This document shows positions 48,527 to 57,911 of a stretch of 64,000 nt of DNA, piece after piece; within the stretch, counting starts at the first letter, position 1, and the number at the start of each line of letters is the position of its first letter. A program made the translations under genes and the position numbers. This DNA is from an uncultured virus (IMG/VR IMGVR_UViG_3300032164_000005) (Duplodnaviria; Heunggongvirae; Uroviricota; Caudoviricetes): the IMG/VR virus record IMGVR_UViG_3300032164_000005; one strand, written 5' to 3'. The notes under the pieces were generated by a model, which saw nothing but the letters and a program-made list of their open reading frames with translations, was not told where the DNA came from and searched no databases.

Positions 48527-48765
48527 TGGGTGCATCGTGCTACGCGAACGCGAACAGGAAGGCCGTTGCGGCTGCACCGGCCGCGAAGCCCGTCGTACCG
48601 CTCGACCCGATCGACCTGCTCGCCCGGATGCGGGTGGGCACGAAGGCGTGGAGCAAGCTATCCATGGATCAGAAGTACGCGCTCGCGATGCGCGTGACGG
48701 GTGACTCGACGCGTGCGACCCGCGCCGTTTCGTACATCGACGCGGCCGTGAGGATCTACGGGTAG
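48526..48765 (+). CDS. small hypothetical protein
   Basis: TGATG coupling. Confidence 0.6.
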   Translation: MGASCYANANRKAVAAAPAAKPVVPLDPIDLLARMRVGTKAWSKLSMDQKYALAMRVTGDSTRATRAVSYIDAAVRIYG

Positions 48766-48767
48766 CG

Positions 48768-49391
48768 ATGACGTATCCGAGCACGCCAGACTTCACCTCG
48801 GGCGACTGGGACTCCGCGTGGTGGATCTACCACCGGACGGATGTCGGCGAGGACGATCTCTGCTCAACGACGGGCTCGGGGATGATCCTCGCGGCCCGCC
48901 GCGCGCTCGGCGTCTTGCCGACAGCAGTCTGGGACGACACGTTCCAGCGGGCGCTGATCCGCAAGGCCGGGACAATCTCCGGCGCGGAGAGCGTCGTGAC
49001 GCTGCTCCAGGCTGACTTCTCTGCCCGGTCGATCTCCGTTGCGTCGCTTCAGTTCGCGATCTTCATCGCGTGGTACTACCGCACCGGGCTTCGACTCGAT
49101 GCGATCGAAGTCCAGCCCGATGCAGTGGTGCCGCAGTGGGGCGTCGCGGTCCCGGCCGGTCCTGCAGGGCTGTACTGTGCCGTCGTCGGCGTCGATGTGT
49201 TTCCACCGGCCCCTTCGGATCGTGCGATCGTGGCAAGGCAGAGCGCCTCGGGTGTGCGCGTCCATCCCGGCGAAGCATCTCCGGCGCAGGTGCCGCCGGA
49301 CGCGGGTCATGTGAGCTTCGTGTGGGTCGGCCTCGCCGCCCTCGCGATGGTGGGCGTGGTCTGGACCGTCACGAAGAAGGGGAAGAAGTAG
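48768..49391 (+). CDS. tail-anchored protein (CSTTG family)
   Basis: DSAWWIYH...CSTTG; TM plus KKGKK. Confidence 0.75.
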   Translation: MTYPSTPDFTSGDWDSAWWIYHRTDVGEDDLCSTTGSGMILAARRALGVLPTAVWDDTFQRALIRKAGTISGAESVVTLLQADFSARSISVASLQFAIFIAWYYRTGLRLDAIEVQPDAVVPQWGVAVPAGPAGLYCAVVGVDVFPPAPSDRAIVARQSASGVRVHPGEASPAQVPPDAGHVSFVWVGLAALAMVGVVWTVTKKGKK

Positions 49392-50110
49392 TGGCGTACC
49401 CTAACGCGCCGAACTTCGCATCGAGCAACGCGGACTCCGCGTGGTGGCTGTACCACAACGCTCGCACCGTCGCGCCCGGAGGAGCGCCTCTGTCGAATCC
49501 TCCGACGGACGTGTGTTCGACCACGGGAGCGAGTGTTGTGCGGGCGGCGAAGACGGCCGTGAACATGAGCCTGTCACCCTCTTCGCAGATGCAGCCGTCG
49601 TCCGTGTGGAGCGATCAGTTTCAGCAGTCGCTCATCGGCAAAGCGAACTCGATCATCGCTGGCTCGAGATCCTTCGTGAGGGAGAGTTGGTACGCCGCGT
49701 GGCTCGCCGAAGTTCAGCGAGTCCTCGCGCGGCTTCGGCAGGACGCGAGCGCGCGGGCAGTGTCTTCCGACTCGATGAGGTGGGCGATCTACGTCGCGTA
49801 CTACAACGAGCAGGGGATGGACATCACCAACATCGAGATGGGGCCCGGCGCGGTGTTACCCTCGTGGGGCAGCACTGTTCCTGGCGATCCTGACCTGCTG
49901 CGCTGCGCGGAGATCGGGAGAGATCCACTCATGTCAGGGGCGTCGCCAGGGGAGCGCGCGGTTGCGGCGCAGGAGAGTACCTCTGGAGTCCGCCTTCGCC
50001 CCGACAGCTTCGGCTATCAGAGTTCAGCATCGGGCGGCAACAGTAACCTCTGGATCGGTCTCGCTGTGGTGGCACTCTTCGGAGTCCTGATTGTGAAGTC
50101 GAACGCATGA
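49391..50110 (+). CDS. tail-anchored protein (CSTTG family)
   Basis: DSAWWLYH...CSTTG; GTG overlaps the upstream stop. Confidence 0.75.
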   Translation: MAYPNAPNFASSNADSAWWLYHNARTVAPGGAPLSNPPTDVCSTTGASVVRAAKTAVNMSLSPSSQMQPSSVWSDQFQQSLIGKANSIIAGSRSFVRESWYAAWLAEVQRVLARLRQDASARAVSSDSMRWAIYVAYYNEQGMDITNIEMGPGAVLPSWGSTVPGDPDLLRCAEIGRDPLMSGASPGERAVAAQESTSGVRLRPDSFGYQSSASGGNSNLWIGLAVVALFGVLIVKSNA

Positions 50111-51123
50111 ACGCCAGACAAGCGCAACTAGATTTCTACACCGAGCTTCACGAGGGGCTCGAGCCTCGTCACGCGTTCAAGCAGAAGGTGCAGGAAAAGC
50201 CGCCTGTCATCGACATCAAGGGCAGAATCGTCGAGATTCAGTACCTGAAGAAAACGACCGACGGAGAGCACCATTACTGGCACCCCTTCGAGCCTCACGC
50301 GCGGCCCAAATTCGGCCTGGATCAGCGCGGAAATCCCTGGATTTACCAGGGTCGATACGTCGTAACAACGCATGGGATCGAAGACCTCCCCGAGGGGCAG
50401 GTCCGGGCCGAGAGACTGCCGAGCATTCCGAAAGAGCTAACGGATCTTGGCAAGCTCGAATGGATCAAGTACAAATCAGACGGCGAACGGACCCACACGA
50501 TTCGGTTCCCGTCGAATCCCACGATCGCAAGAGACGAAAGTGGGAACCTGCACGTTCTGACCAAGGAGAAGAAGATGGCAAAGCGCAGTCGCCGGGGATC
50601 CCGGTCTCACTCGATGTTCGCAAGCAGCAAGCACTCGCGGAAGCACGGCGCGAAGCGCCGTCACTACGAGAACCCCGCCAAGGGCGGCGGCAAGGCGATG
50701 GAAGCAGTCAAGGGCGCAGCGGTCCTCGGCGCGGTCGGCGTCGGCACGCTGCTGCTGATGAACTACGGCATCGAGAAGTACAACACCTCGCGCATCACGG
50801 CGGGCTCGACCCCGTGGTCCGAGAACATGTCCGCCGCGATCGAGATCGGCGTCGGCCTCGGCGGCGCGGCCCTGATCGGCATGTACTGGAAGGGCACCAC
50901 GGGCGCGACCGCAGCGGCCGGTGTCGGCGCGGGCGGCGTGATCGCCGGTCTGCAGCGCATGTACGACAACTACCGCCTGCAGCAACTGCGCAACGCGCTG
51001 ACGCAGGGCGCGGGCGCGAGCGGCGCAAGCGGTGCGAGCGGTGCGGCCCCGGCCAACCGGGCGCTCCCGGCTGGCATTCCGCAGTCGTACTCGGCCCGCA
51101 CGCGTCAGTCGTGCGCGGCGTAG
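50107..51123 (+). CDS. fusion of a beta-rich N-domain and a basic-leader multi-TM membrane protein
   Basis: YWHPF...GRYVVTTHGIED domain; in-frame AAGGAG-ATG at 50575. Confidence 0.7.
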   Translation: MNARQAQLDFYTELHEGLEPRHAFKQKVQEKPPVIDIKGRIVEIQYLKKTTDGEHHYWHPFEPHARPKFGLDQRGNPWIYQGRYVVTTHGIEDLPEGQVRAERLPSIPKELTDLGKLEWIKYKSDGERTHTIRFPSNPTIARDESGNLHVLTKEKKMAKRSRRGSRSHSMFASSKHSRKHGAKRRHYENPAKGGGKAMEAVKGAAVLGAVGVGTLLLMNYGIEKYNTSRITAGSTPWSENMSAAIEIGVGLGGAALIGMYWKGTTGATAAAGVGAGGVIAGLQRMYDNYRLQQLRNALTQGAGASGASGASGAAPANRALPAGIPQSYSARTRQSCAA

Positions 51124-51218
51124 TCAACCTGCCGCGCGCTTGACGCGCGGCGCAAGCAGAAGACCGCCGTCGTTCTGTTGGGGCGACAGCACCAGGATCG
51201 GAAACAGGAGAGAAGAAG

Positions 51219-52169
51219 ATGACGATGAGCAATTACGTGTGCCCCGACAGCCTGCTGATCGATGGGCCGTTCGTGCTGGATGTCGCGCACCAGAGTCGCA
51301 GCTACGTCGGGATCGGCATCTGCGACCCGATTCTCCAGACGTTCGTGCAGGGCCCGGAGCCCTGGCGCTACGACGCGGCGCTCTGGGCGATCCAGATGGT
51401 CGCGACGAAGAAGACGGTGACCGGCGCGGGCCCGCTCGCAGCGAACACCGACGGCTGCGATCTCGCGCCCGTCGTGACCACCCCGATCGGCCTCACGTTC
51501 CTCCAGTCGGGAAGCATCGGCGCGCAGGAACCGATCGCGATCTCGGACGGGTCGGTCTGGTACAACAAGAGCGCGTCCGACGCGGACCTTCTGCGTCGCG
51601 GTTCGCCCGTATCGCGCGGGTTCATGTTCATGGTCATCGCGATGACGGTCGAGTTCCTTCGGCCGTTCCAGCGCGGCGGCACGGGCACGGACGCGACCGA
51701 CCCGAAGAAGTTCTCGAACTGGCTGACGGATGCTCCGAACAGCCCGGCGTACGGGGAGCAGATCCAGAAGTTCCTCATCGAGACCGTCGCGATGCGGATC
51801 GCGTTCAGCGACTCGGGCAAGTACTTCTTCCTCGGTCGCGCGTCGAACTTCCCGCAGTACGGCGGCGCTCGAGGCAATCTGTCGATCAGCAACGGCAACA
51901 TGTCGTGCGGTCCGACGGCAACGCCCCTCGCAGTGGCGCTGATGCTCGGGTCGTTCGATGATGCGAATCAGGCGACGCTGGTCGCTTCGATCGGCCAGGA
52001 CGCTCGCATCCAGTCGGACGGCACGACGCTGACGACCGCAGGCTCGGTGGTCCCCGGCGTGATCAACGACGCCGACAACGGCACCGTGTACTGCCAGCAG
52101 GTCATCACGCTGGTCGGGCACCCGGTGATCGCACCGGCCGACCAGTTCTGCGCGATGCCCGCGAAGTAG
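51219..52169 (+). CDS. candidate major capsid protein (non-HK97)
   Basis: 316 aa, soluble, beta-rich, strong RBS, strongly GC3-biased codons, located between membrane genes and the basic core gene; capsid role is inference. Confidence 0.45.
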   Translation: MTMSNYVCPDSLLIDGPFVLDVAHQSRSYVGIGICDPILQTFVQGPEPWRYDAALWAIQMVATKKTVTGAGPLAANTDGCDLAPVVTTPIGLTFLQSGSIGAQEPIAISDGSVWYNKSASDADLLRRGSPVSRGFMFMVIAMTVEFLRPFQRGGTGTDATDPKKFSNWLTDAPNSPAYGEQIQKFLIETVAMRIAFSDSGKYFFLGRASNFPQYGGARGNLSISNGNMSCGPTATPLAVALMLGSFDDANQATLVASIGQDARIQSDGTTLTTAGSVVPGVINDADNGTVYCQQVITLVGHPVIAPADQFCAMPAK

Positions 52170-52202
52170 CAGGAGGTCGTCTCCTCGAGAGGGTGAACTG
52201 CC

Positions 52203-52838
52203 ATGACGTCTCCGAACCCTCCGTTCATCAGCAGTTCACCCCAACTCATTCTTCTGCCGTCGGGCGGCCCGGAAGGACTCGAGTCCGCCCGCGTCGTCCC
52301 GCCGCCGCAGAACATCCACCTCGCTGACCCTGGCGCTGCCTCGCTCACGAACGCCGCGTCGTTCCAGGCTGTGCAAGCGGTCACGATCGACTGCGTTGAC
52401 ACGTACGTCGGGGATGGCGGCCAGATTCAGCGGTTCCCAACACGCGTGAACAACGCGATGTCCCGCTTCTGGCTGTGGCTCGACCAGATTTCTCCGGGAT
52501 TCGGTCAAGCGGGAGCAGTCCCGGTCTTGCGACCGAAGTTCCCGGCGCAGTTCGAGATCCAGATCAGGGCTGCGACCGGCAGGGTTTCCGAGACGGTGTT
52601 CCAGGGCCTCGTCAAGCCAACGTCATTCGATGACAACGGCCTGCTTGTGGGTCTGGACGGGTATCTATGCTCGCAGTGGGAAGTGTGGGGCAGGGTTCCG
52701 AATCTGGGCGGAACAGAGTACCCGCTGATGGTCAAGTTCAACATCTTCGTGGACAGGATGGCGCAGCGGTGCTCGGGTGTTCAGCCGCCCACGCTTGGCA
52801 GACTCGTTTCCGCGACGCCCATCCAGTACTACCCGTAG
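52203..52838 (+). CDS. beta-rich structural protein (minor capsid/vertex candidate)
   Basis: Follows the MCP candidate; alternating hydrophobic strands. Confidence 0.4.
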   Translation: MTSPNPPFISSSPQLILLPSGGPEGLESARVVPPPQNIHLADPGAASLTNAASFQAVQAVTIDCVDTYVGDGGQIQRFPTRVNNAMSRFWLWLDQISPGFGQAGAVPVLRPKFPAQFEIQIRAATGRVSETVFQGLVKPTSFDDNGLLVGLDGYLCSQWEVWGRVPNLGGTEYPLMVKFNIFVDRMAQRCSGVQPPTLGRLVSATPIQYYP

Positions 52839-52848
52839 GAGAGGTCTC

Positions 52849-53370
52849 ATGGCTCGATACAATCCGTTCTTCCTCGGCAAGAAGACTGCCGTCGGAACCA
52901 GTCTCAGTGGTCGCCTCGTGCGGTCGAAGAGCAAGAAGCGCCGCCTCTCGGGCGCGGCCCTGCTCGCGTGGCGCAAGAAGCACGTCAAGGGTCGTCGTCG
53001 GGTCAAGAGCCTGCTCGGTGGCAGCAAGAAGTCGCGTCGGCTGAACCCGTGGTTCCTCGGCAAGAAGACCGCCGTCGGATCGAAGATCACCGGCCGCGTG
53101 ATCAAGTCGAAGCACAAGGGCAAGCGCCTCTCGAAGGCCGCGCTGCTCTCGTGGCGCTCGGAGCATGTGAAGGGTCGTCGCCGCGTTTCGAGCCTGCTGA
53201 AGGGCAGCAAGAAGTCGCGTCGGCTGAACCCGACCCACGGCAACAAGGGCCTGTCAGCGCGGATCGCGCTGCTCGAGCGCAAGATCGCCGCGATCACCAA
53301 GGCGCACAAGAAGATGATCAAGAGCCTCTCGGCGAAGATGTCGCATCGCCGTCTGAACAGCGGCTACTAG
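52849..53370 (+). CDS. highly basic repeat protein, candidate DNA-condensing core protein
   Basis: Two ~63-aa K/R-rich repeats bounded by RYNP/RRLNP. Confidence 0.75.
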   Translation: MARYNPFFLGKKTAVGTSLSGRLVRSKSKKRRLSGAALLAWRKKHVKGRRRVKSLLGGSKKSRRLNPWFLGKKTAVGSKITGRVIKSKHKGKRLSKAALLSWRSEHVKGRRRVSSLLKGSKKSRRLNPTHGNKGLSARIALLERKIAAITKAHKKMIKSLSAKMSHRRLNSGY

Positions 53371-53393
53371 CCGAGGCTCCGCGTCGAAGATAA

Positions 53394-53430
53394 GGGCACC
53401 CGTCGCAAGGCGGGTGCCCCTTCTGGTTTC
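53394..53430 (+). terminator. hairpin terminator after the structural operon
   Basis: GGGCACCCGTC-GCAA-GGCGGGTGCCC followed by a pyrimidine-rich tail. Confidence 0.7.
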
Positions 53431-53492
53431 TCCTTCCACATCGCACGCCGCGCCCCGCGCGCCGGACGCTGAACGGTGGTAGATTCGTCGGC

Positions 53493-53747
53493 ATGACTGA
53501 CCCCGTCTCGGCCTTGCTCGCGCTGCTGCCTCCGACGGTCCGCGTCGTCGTGAGTTCGATCCTCTCGCTGATCGTGCTCGCGTCCGTGATCATCGGCGCG
53601 CTTCCGACGTCTTCGTCGAAGAACCCGATCGTGAAGGCCTTGCGGTTCATCGGCGGCCTCGTGCATCACGACGAGGACGGCACGATCAAGCTGCCGTTCT
53701 CGAACTACGTGATCCGCGTTGGCGTGACCCCGCAGGAGAAGAAGTGA
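53493..53747 (+). CDS. putative holin
   Basis: Small TM protein with a charged tail, first gene of the lysis cluster. Confidence 0.5.
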   Translation: MTDPVSALLALLPPTVRVVVSSILSLIVLASVIIGALPTSSSKNPIVKALRFIGGLVHHDEDGTIKLPFSNYVIRVGVTPQEKK

Positions 53748-54187
53748 TGCGAAGACTGCTGTTCCTGGTGGTTCTCATGCTTCCCGTCTCCTCGTGTACG
53801 GACGCCCAGTGGCGGCAGTTCGTCGAGATCAACACGAAGGTCGCCAACTACGTGAACGACGCGATCCTCGCTCTGAGCCTCGTAAGCGGCCTCGTGGAGA
53901 GCGCGGTGCCGCCGGGCGACCGAGGTACGGTGTCGGACGTCTGGGACGCGATCAGGGCCTGCAACGAGGCTCTCCAGGCGGAGGCGGACGTGGTTCAGCA
54001 CTCGAGCGCGCCGCTCGACACGCCCGCGCACATCGCCGCAGCGTTTCCGAGCTTCCTGGCCGCATGGAACCACCTGACCAACGCGTTGCACGGTCACAAC
54101 CTGCTGCCGTCGTCCGGGCATCCGATGGCGACCCCTCACACGATCCGCACGCCGCGCCTCGTGCGCGACGCAACGGTGCAGCACTGA
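53744..54187 (+). CDS. lipoprotein
   Basis: MRRLLFLVVLMLPVSSC lipobox-like signal. Confidence 0.6.
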   Translation: MMRRLLFLVVLMLPVSSCTDAQWRQFVEINTKVANYVNDAILALSLVSGLVESAVPPGDRGTVSDVWDAIRACNEALQAEADVVQHSSAPLDTPAHIAAAFPSFLAAWNHLTNALHGHNLLPSSGHPMATPHTIRTPRLVRDATVQH

Positions 54188-54235
54188 GATTACGGCGTGC
54201 GTTTCTTACGTCGCATCGCATAGGCCAAGTATAAC

Positions 54236-55168
54236 ATGAATTCCCAACCAGGATCTGTCCAAGACATCCCGTGTCCGATGCGTAACGGCCTGAGTCTTTG
54301 GATCTGGCCGGGCGGACGCGGTGAAGGATGGAAGAGCGCGCACCAACAGGCCGACAGGGCCCTGGCGCTCGGTGCGACCGGCGTGATCGCGCAGTCCGGT
54401 CTGAGCGCCCCCGTGTGGCTTGCAGGGCGCGACAAGGGCGATGCGGTGCCCAGGTTCGAGGTCTTCCAGCAGGCGGGCCTGCAGGTGACCGCAGGCCTCG
54501 GGATGGACGGATCGGAAGCGACCGTCGCGACGATCACGCGCGCTGTCGTCGATGCCGTGGATCTGCCGAACGTGCTGGTCATGGCCGACGAAGAGAAGAT
54601 GTGGTGGGAAACGCCCACGGGACGCGCAGCCGCGAAGTCGATCGTGGCCGCCGTGATCAAGGCGAGGCCTCTCGCGCCGACGCGCGGCATGTGTTGCCCG
54701 TGGTGGAAGCCGGAAGTTCACTCCGGCGCACCGGACCATGAGTTCTTTCCGCTGTTCCACCACTTCTTCTGCCAGGACTACGGCGCGAGGGGCAAGGACG
54801 CCCCGCTGGACAACACGCTCTCCATGCTCGCGCACTCGCGAGAGTCGTACGCGAAGCGCGGCATCTCCCCGGACCACATCCATCTCGCGTTCCAACTCTA
54901 CGCGCACAGCCTCGCGAACGCGGGGCGCATCGTTCTGTGCGGCGAGCCTGTCATGGCTGGGTGGGACGTCGAAGAGATGGACGAGCACATGCATCTCGCG
55001 CTGCTGGCTCGCGCTCGTCTGATCGCGCTCGGCTATCTGCCGTCACGCGGCGGCCTCGTGTCGTTCCAGGCGGGGGCGGGAATCACTGCGGACGGCATCC
55101 TTGGTCCGGTCACGCTGCGCGCTCTCGCCATCTCCATGTCGGGAATACTGGATCCAGGGCTGAAGTAG
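54236..55168 (+). CDS. putative glycoside-hydrolase-like lysin with C-terminal PG-binding domain
   Basis: (beta/alpha) pattern with DEE and QDY; FQAGAGITADGILGPVTLRAL. Confidence 0.6.
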   Translation: MNSQPGSVQDIPCPMRNGLSLWIWPGGRGEGWKSAHQQADRALALGATGVIAQSGLSAPVWLAGRDKGDAVPRFEVFQQAGLQVTAGLGMDGSEATVATITRAVVDAVDLPNVLVMADEEKMWWETPTGRAAAKSIVAAVIKARPLAPTRGMCCPWWKPEVHSGAPDHEFFPLFHHFFCQDYGARGKDAPLDNTLSMLAHSRESYAKRGISPDHIHLAFQLYAHSLANAGRIVLCGEPVMAGWDVEEMDEHMHLALLARARLIALGYLPSRGGLVSFQAGAGITADGILGPVTLRALAISMSGILDPGLK

Positions 55169-55352
55169 CCGCCGTGGACGATCCTCCGCACCGTCCATCG
55201 GTGAAGCTCGAAGCGGTCACGTTCGAGCAGGAATTCCAGCACTGGCTACGCACGCGAGGGGCCGTGTACCGGTTCGATCTGACCGACGAACAGATCGAGC
55301 GGATCACAGAGCACGCCGCCTCGATCGCGAGGCGTCACGGAATGACATGACA

Positions 55353-55381
55353 TTGCTTGTCGGTCCGCAAGCGGATAGTAT
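55353..55381 (+). promoter_or_regulatory. leaderless sigma70-like promoter
   Basis: TTGCTT-17 bp-TAGTAT-7 bp-ATG. Confidence 0.6.
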
Positions 55382-55388
55382 GCCGCCC

Positions 55389-55673
55389 ATGACAACGACG
55401 AAGAAGCGCGTCACGGCGAAGACGAAGAAGACCAAGAAGCGCGTCACGAAGAAGCGCGTTGCGGCGAAGCGTGGCGGCGGTGCTCCGCAGAAGACCCCCG
55501 GAGGACTGAAGAAGATCCTGTACGTGCGGGCCCCTGCGGATCTCGTTGCTGCGCTCGATCGGCGCGTGGAGGCGGACCGGAAAAGTACCGGGTTCAGCGT
55601 GTCCAGAAGCGACGTTGCGCGCACGCTTCTCACGAGGGCGCTGAGTGCTCCTGACGGCACTTCCGGCAGCTAG
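55389..55673 (+). CDS. ribbon-helix-helix-like protein with Lys-rich N-terminal tail
   Basis: KKRVT repeats; ILYVRAPADLVAALD...VSRSDVARTLL. Confidence 0.65.
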   Translation: MTTTKKRVTAKTKKTKKRVTKKRVAAKRGGGAPQKTPGGLKKILYVRAPADLVAALDRRVEADRKSTGFSVSRSDVARTLLTRALSAPDGTSGS

Positions 55674-55696
55674 CACGGCTGTGCTATCGAGCACGG

Positions 55697-56299
55697 ATGA
55701 ACACTCTTCGTTGGCTCTGGTTCGTCGTGGTTCTGCTCGTCGCGAGTCCTGCGGTCGCACAGCAAGCGAATCCGTGGGGAACGACGACCGATCGTGATGC
55801 CGCTCTGATGGTGGCAACGCTCCTGCATCATTACCCGAGCACTCCTGCTCGAGCATGCATCGAGGCACATCAACTCGAGATCATCGAGCATCTGATGGCC
55901 GCCGAGAGGCTCAGCGTGCCGTCGGGTCTGGCGCTGTCCGTGTCGTTTCACGAGACCCACGTCGGCTGCGATCGGAACGAAGGCGGAGGATGGGGCGCTC
56001 CGATCGACATACGGCATCGACACACGGCCGGTACGCCGGAGCACGCGATCCGCGCGCTGCGCCGATCGTTCGAGGTTTGTCACGACTGGGAGGGCGCGGT
56101 CAGCAGGTTCCGTTCAGGCCTCTGCCACCTGCCTCGCGGCGACCGGCGACGCGGGTACGTGCGAAGCGTGCTGCATCTCGCTGGTGTGATCTACCGGGCC
56201 GTCGATGGCAACAACCCTCGCGGGTTCGCGTTCCAGTGGGTCTTCAACCACGAGTGGATCGCGTCGTATCGCGTGGGGCTTCGTCCCGGAGGCGAGTGA
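55697..56299 (+). CDS. secreted lytic transglycosylase/lysozyme-like protein
   Basis: Signal peptide; LALSVSFHET...WEGAVSRFRSG...YVRSV. Confidence 0.6.
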   Translation: MNTLRWLWFVVVLLVASPAVAQQANPWGTTTDRDAALMVATLLHHYPSTPARACIEAHQLEIIEHLMAAERLSVPSGLALSVSFHETHVGCDRNEGGGWGAPIDIRHRHTAGTPEHAIRALRRSFEVCHDWEGAVSRFRSGLCHLPRGDRRRGYVRSVLHLAGVIYRAVDGNNPRGFAFQWVFNHEWIASYRVGLRPGGE

Positions 56300-56451
56300 T
56301 GTGTCGCAACGGCTGTACGAAGCCTGTGGTGGAGGATGACCTGTGCGAAGACTGTCTCGTCGGCGAGCTTGTGGAGTTCGCGGTGAAGTACCGTCGCGAG
56401 GAGGATCCCGATCCGCCGGTACTGGTCCTGTTCGATCACGGAGGTGAGTGA
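56299..56451 (+). CDS. small Cys-rich protein
   Basis: CRNGC...CEDC; coupled. Confidence 0.45.
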   Translation: MCRNGCTKPVVEDDLCEDCLVGELVEFAVKYRREEDPDPPVLVLFDHGGE

Positions 56452-57197
56452 TGCTGGTTCTCGCTGGGAAGCAGATCGAAACGCCGTTCGCGTCCAAGTC
56501 ATGGCTCGACGACCCGGCGTACAGGATCGCGAACGACAAGGCTTCGCGGTCGGCGAACACATGGATTCGCGGCATCACGCTGCACACCACGCACGGAAAG
56601 TACCCGCAGCCGATCATCCCTGGTATGGGCATGCCGGGTTCCGCGCTCGCGAACATCCTGTACTGGAACAGGTCGCCTGCGTACGCCTCGGCCCATCTGC
56701 TGCTCGACCAGGACGGCACCGTGTGCCAGTGCGCCGACCTCGTGACCGAGACGACGTGGCATGCGACGTCGGTCAACCCCATCACGGTTGGCGTCGAGAT
56801 TTGCCAAGCGGCCGACGGGTCGTTGTACCAGGGTCAGATCGACGTGGCGGTGAGCTTGTGCGACTGGTTGACGGTGCAGCTTGGCATCCAGCGGCAAGTT
56901 CCGCAGGCCTACGCCAACAAGCCCATCCAGCGGCTTGTGGATGGAGCGCGAGACTTCGTCGGCATCTTCGGTCACCGGGACCAGACGAGCGATCGTGGTC
57001 GCGGTGATCCTGGCGACTTCGTCATGGATGCTCTCGTGAAGGCTGGGTACGAGAGATTCGATCTCGATCGGCTGGAAGACAGGACCGCGTGGCGCGAGCG
57101 ACAGGCTCGTCTCGGGATCGTCGCCGACGGTCTCCCTGGGAAGGCCACCGTGGCCGCGCTGAAGTCCAACCCGGACGGGCTGTGGGTGAGACGGTGA
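56448..57197 (+). CDS. N-acetylmuramoyl-L-alanine amidase (Amidase_2) endolysin with PG-binding tail
   Basis: ITLHTT, SAHLL, TWHA, VGVEI, FGHRD, DPG. Confidence 0.88.
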   Translation: MMLVLAGKQIETPFASKSWLDDPAYRIANDKASRSANTWIRGITLHTTHGKYPQPIIPGMGMPGSALANILYWNRSPAYASAHLLLDQDGTVCQCADLVTETTWHATSVNPITVGVEICQAADGSLYQGQIDVAVSLCDWLTVQLGIQRQVPQAYANKPIQRLVDGARDFVGIFGHRDQTSDRGRGDPGDFVMDALVKAGYERFDLDRLEDRTAWRERQARLGIVADGLPGKATVAALKSNPDGLWVRR

Positions 57198-57508
57198 ACC
57201 ATCCGGTCGACAAGCAGGGCCGAAGCGTGAGGCAGGTCGCGCTGCTGAAGTGGTTCGTTCGCAAGAACTACGTGAACCTACCCGACGAGGCGATCAACCG
57301 TTACGCCGTCGCGATCTACGACTCGCTCAGCGAACTACCCGGTACACGAGGTACGCCCCGCCGATCAGCAGAAGCCAGCCCACAACGTCCACCTCGGTCC
57401 GGCCTCGACACCGACGCGGCAACAACCCTGGACGACCGCCGCAGCGGCCACGCAGGATAGGGTTTCGTCGTCGTCTGGTCATGTCTCGGATCGTAGTAGA
57501 ATCCCACC

Positions 57509-57907
57509 ATGATGTCCCCGTCGATGCTGCTCACCCTGTTCAACGCGGAGCGGAACGAGTTCGCGAAGTACTTCCCGAAGGCCCGTGAGGCGCAACTGGC
57601 GATCTCGAATCGGGAGTGTTCGATCGGCGGTCGGTGCGGCCTTCGCGATCTTGGGTGGGCCTACGACGGGGATCACACGGTGACGCTCCTGCGTCGGTCG
57701 CTGACGCTGCCCGACAACCGGATCGTCGGTCTCATTCGCCACGAACTCGGACATCTGGCCGACCCGTACATCAACGAACCAGGGGCGGAGCAGCGGGCCG
57801 ACGACATCGCCGAGATGGTGTCCGGCCAGCAGATCCGGTACGATGCAGACGACATCCAGACCGTCGGACGCGGGAAGTACCCGCGTCCCCTCTACCTGCA
57901 TCGGTGA
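57509..57907 (+). CDS. small HExxH metallopeptidase-like protein
   Basis: IRHELGH...EQRAD; leaderless TAGAAT-6-ATG. Confidence 0.65.
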   Translation: MMSPSMLLTLFNAERNEFAKYFPKAREAQLAISNRECSIGGRCGLRDLGWAYDGDHTVTLLRRSLTLPDNRIVGLIRHELGHLADPYINEPGAEQRADDIAEMVSGQQIRYDADDIQTVGRGKYPRPLYLHR

Positions 57908-57911
57908 CCGC

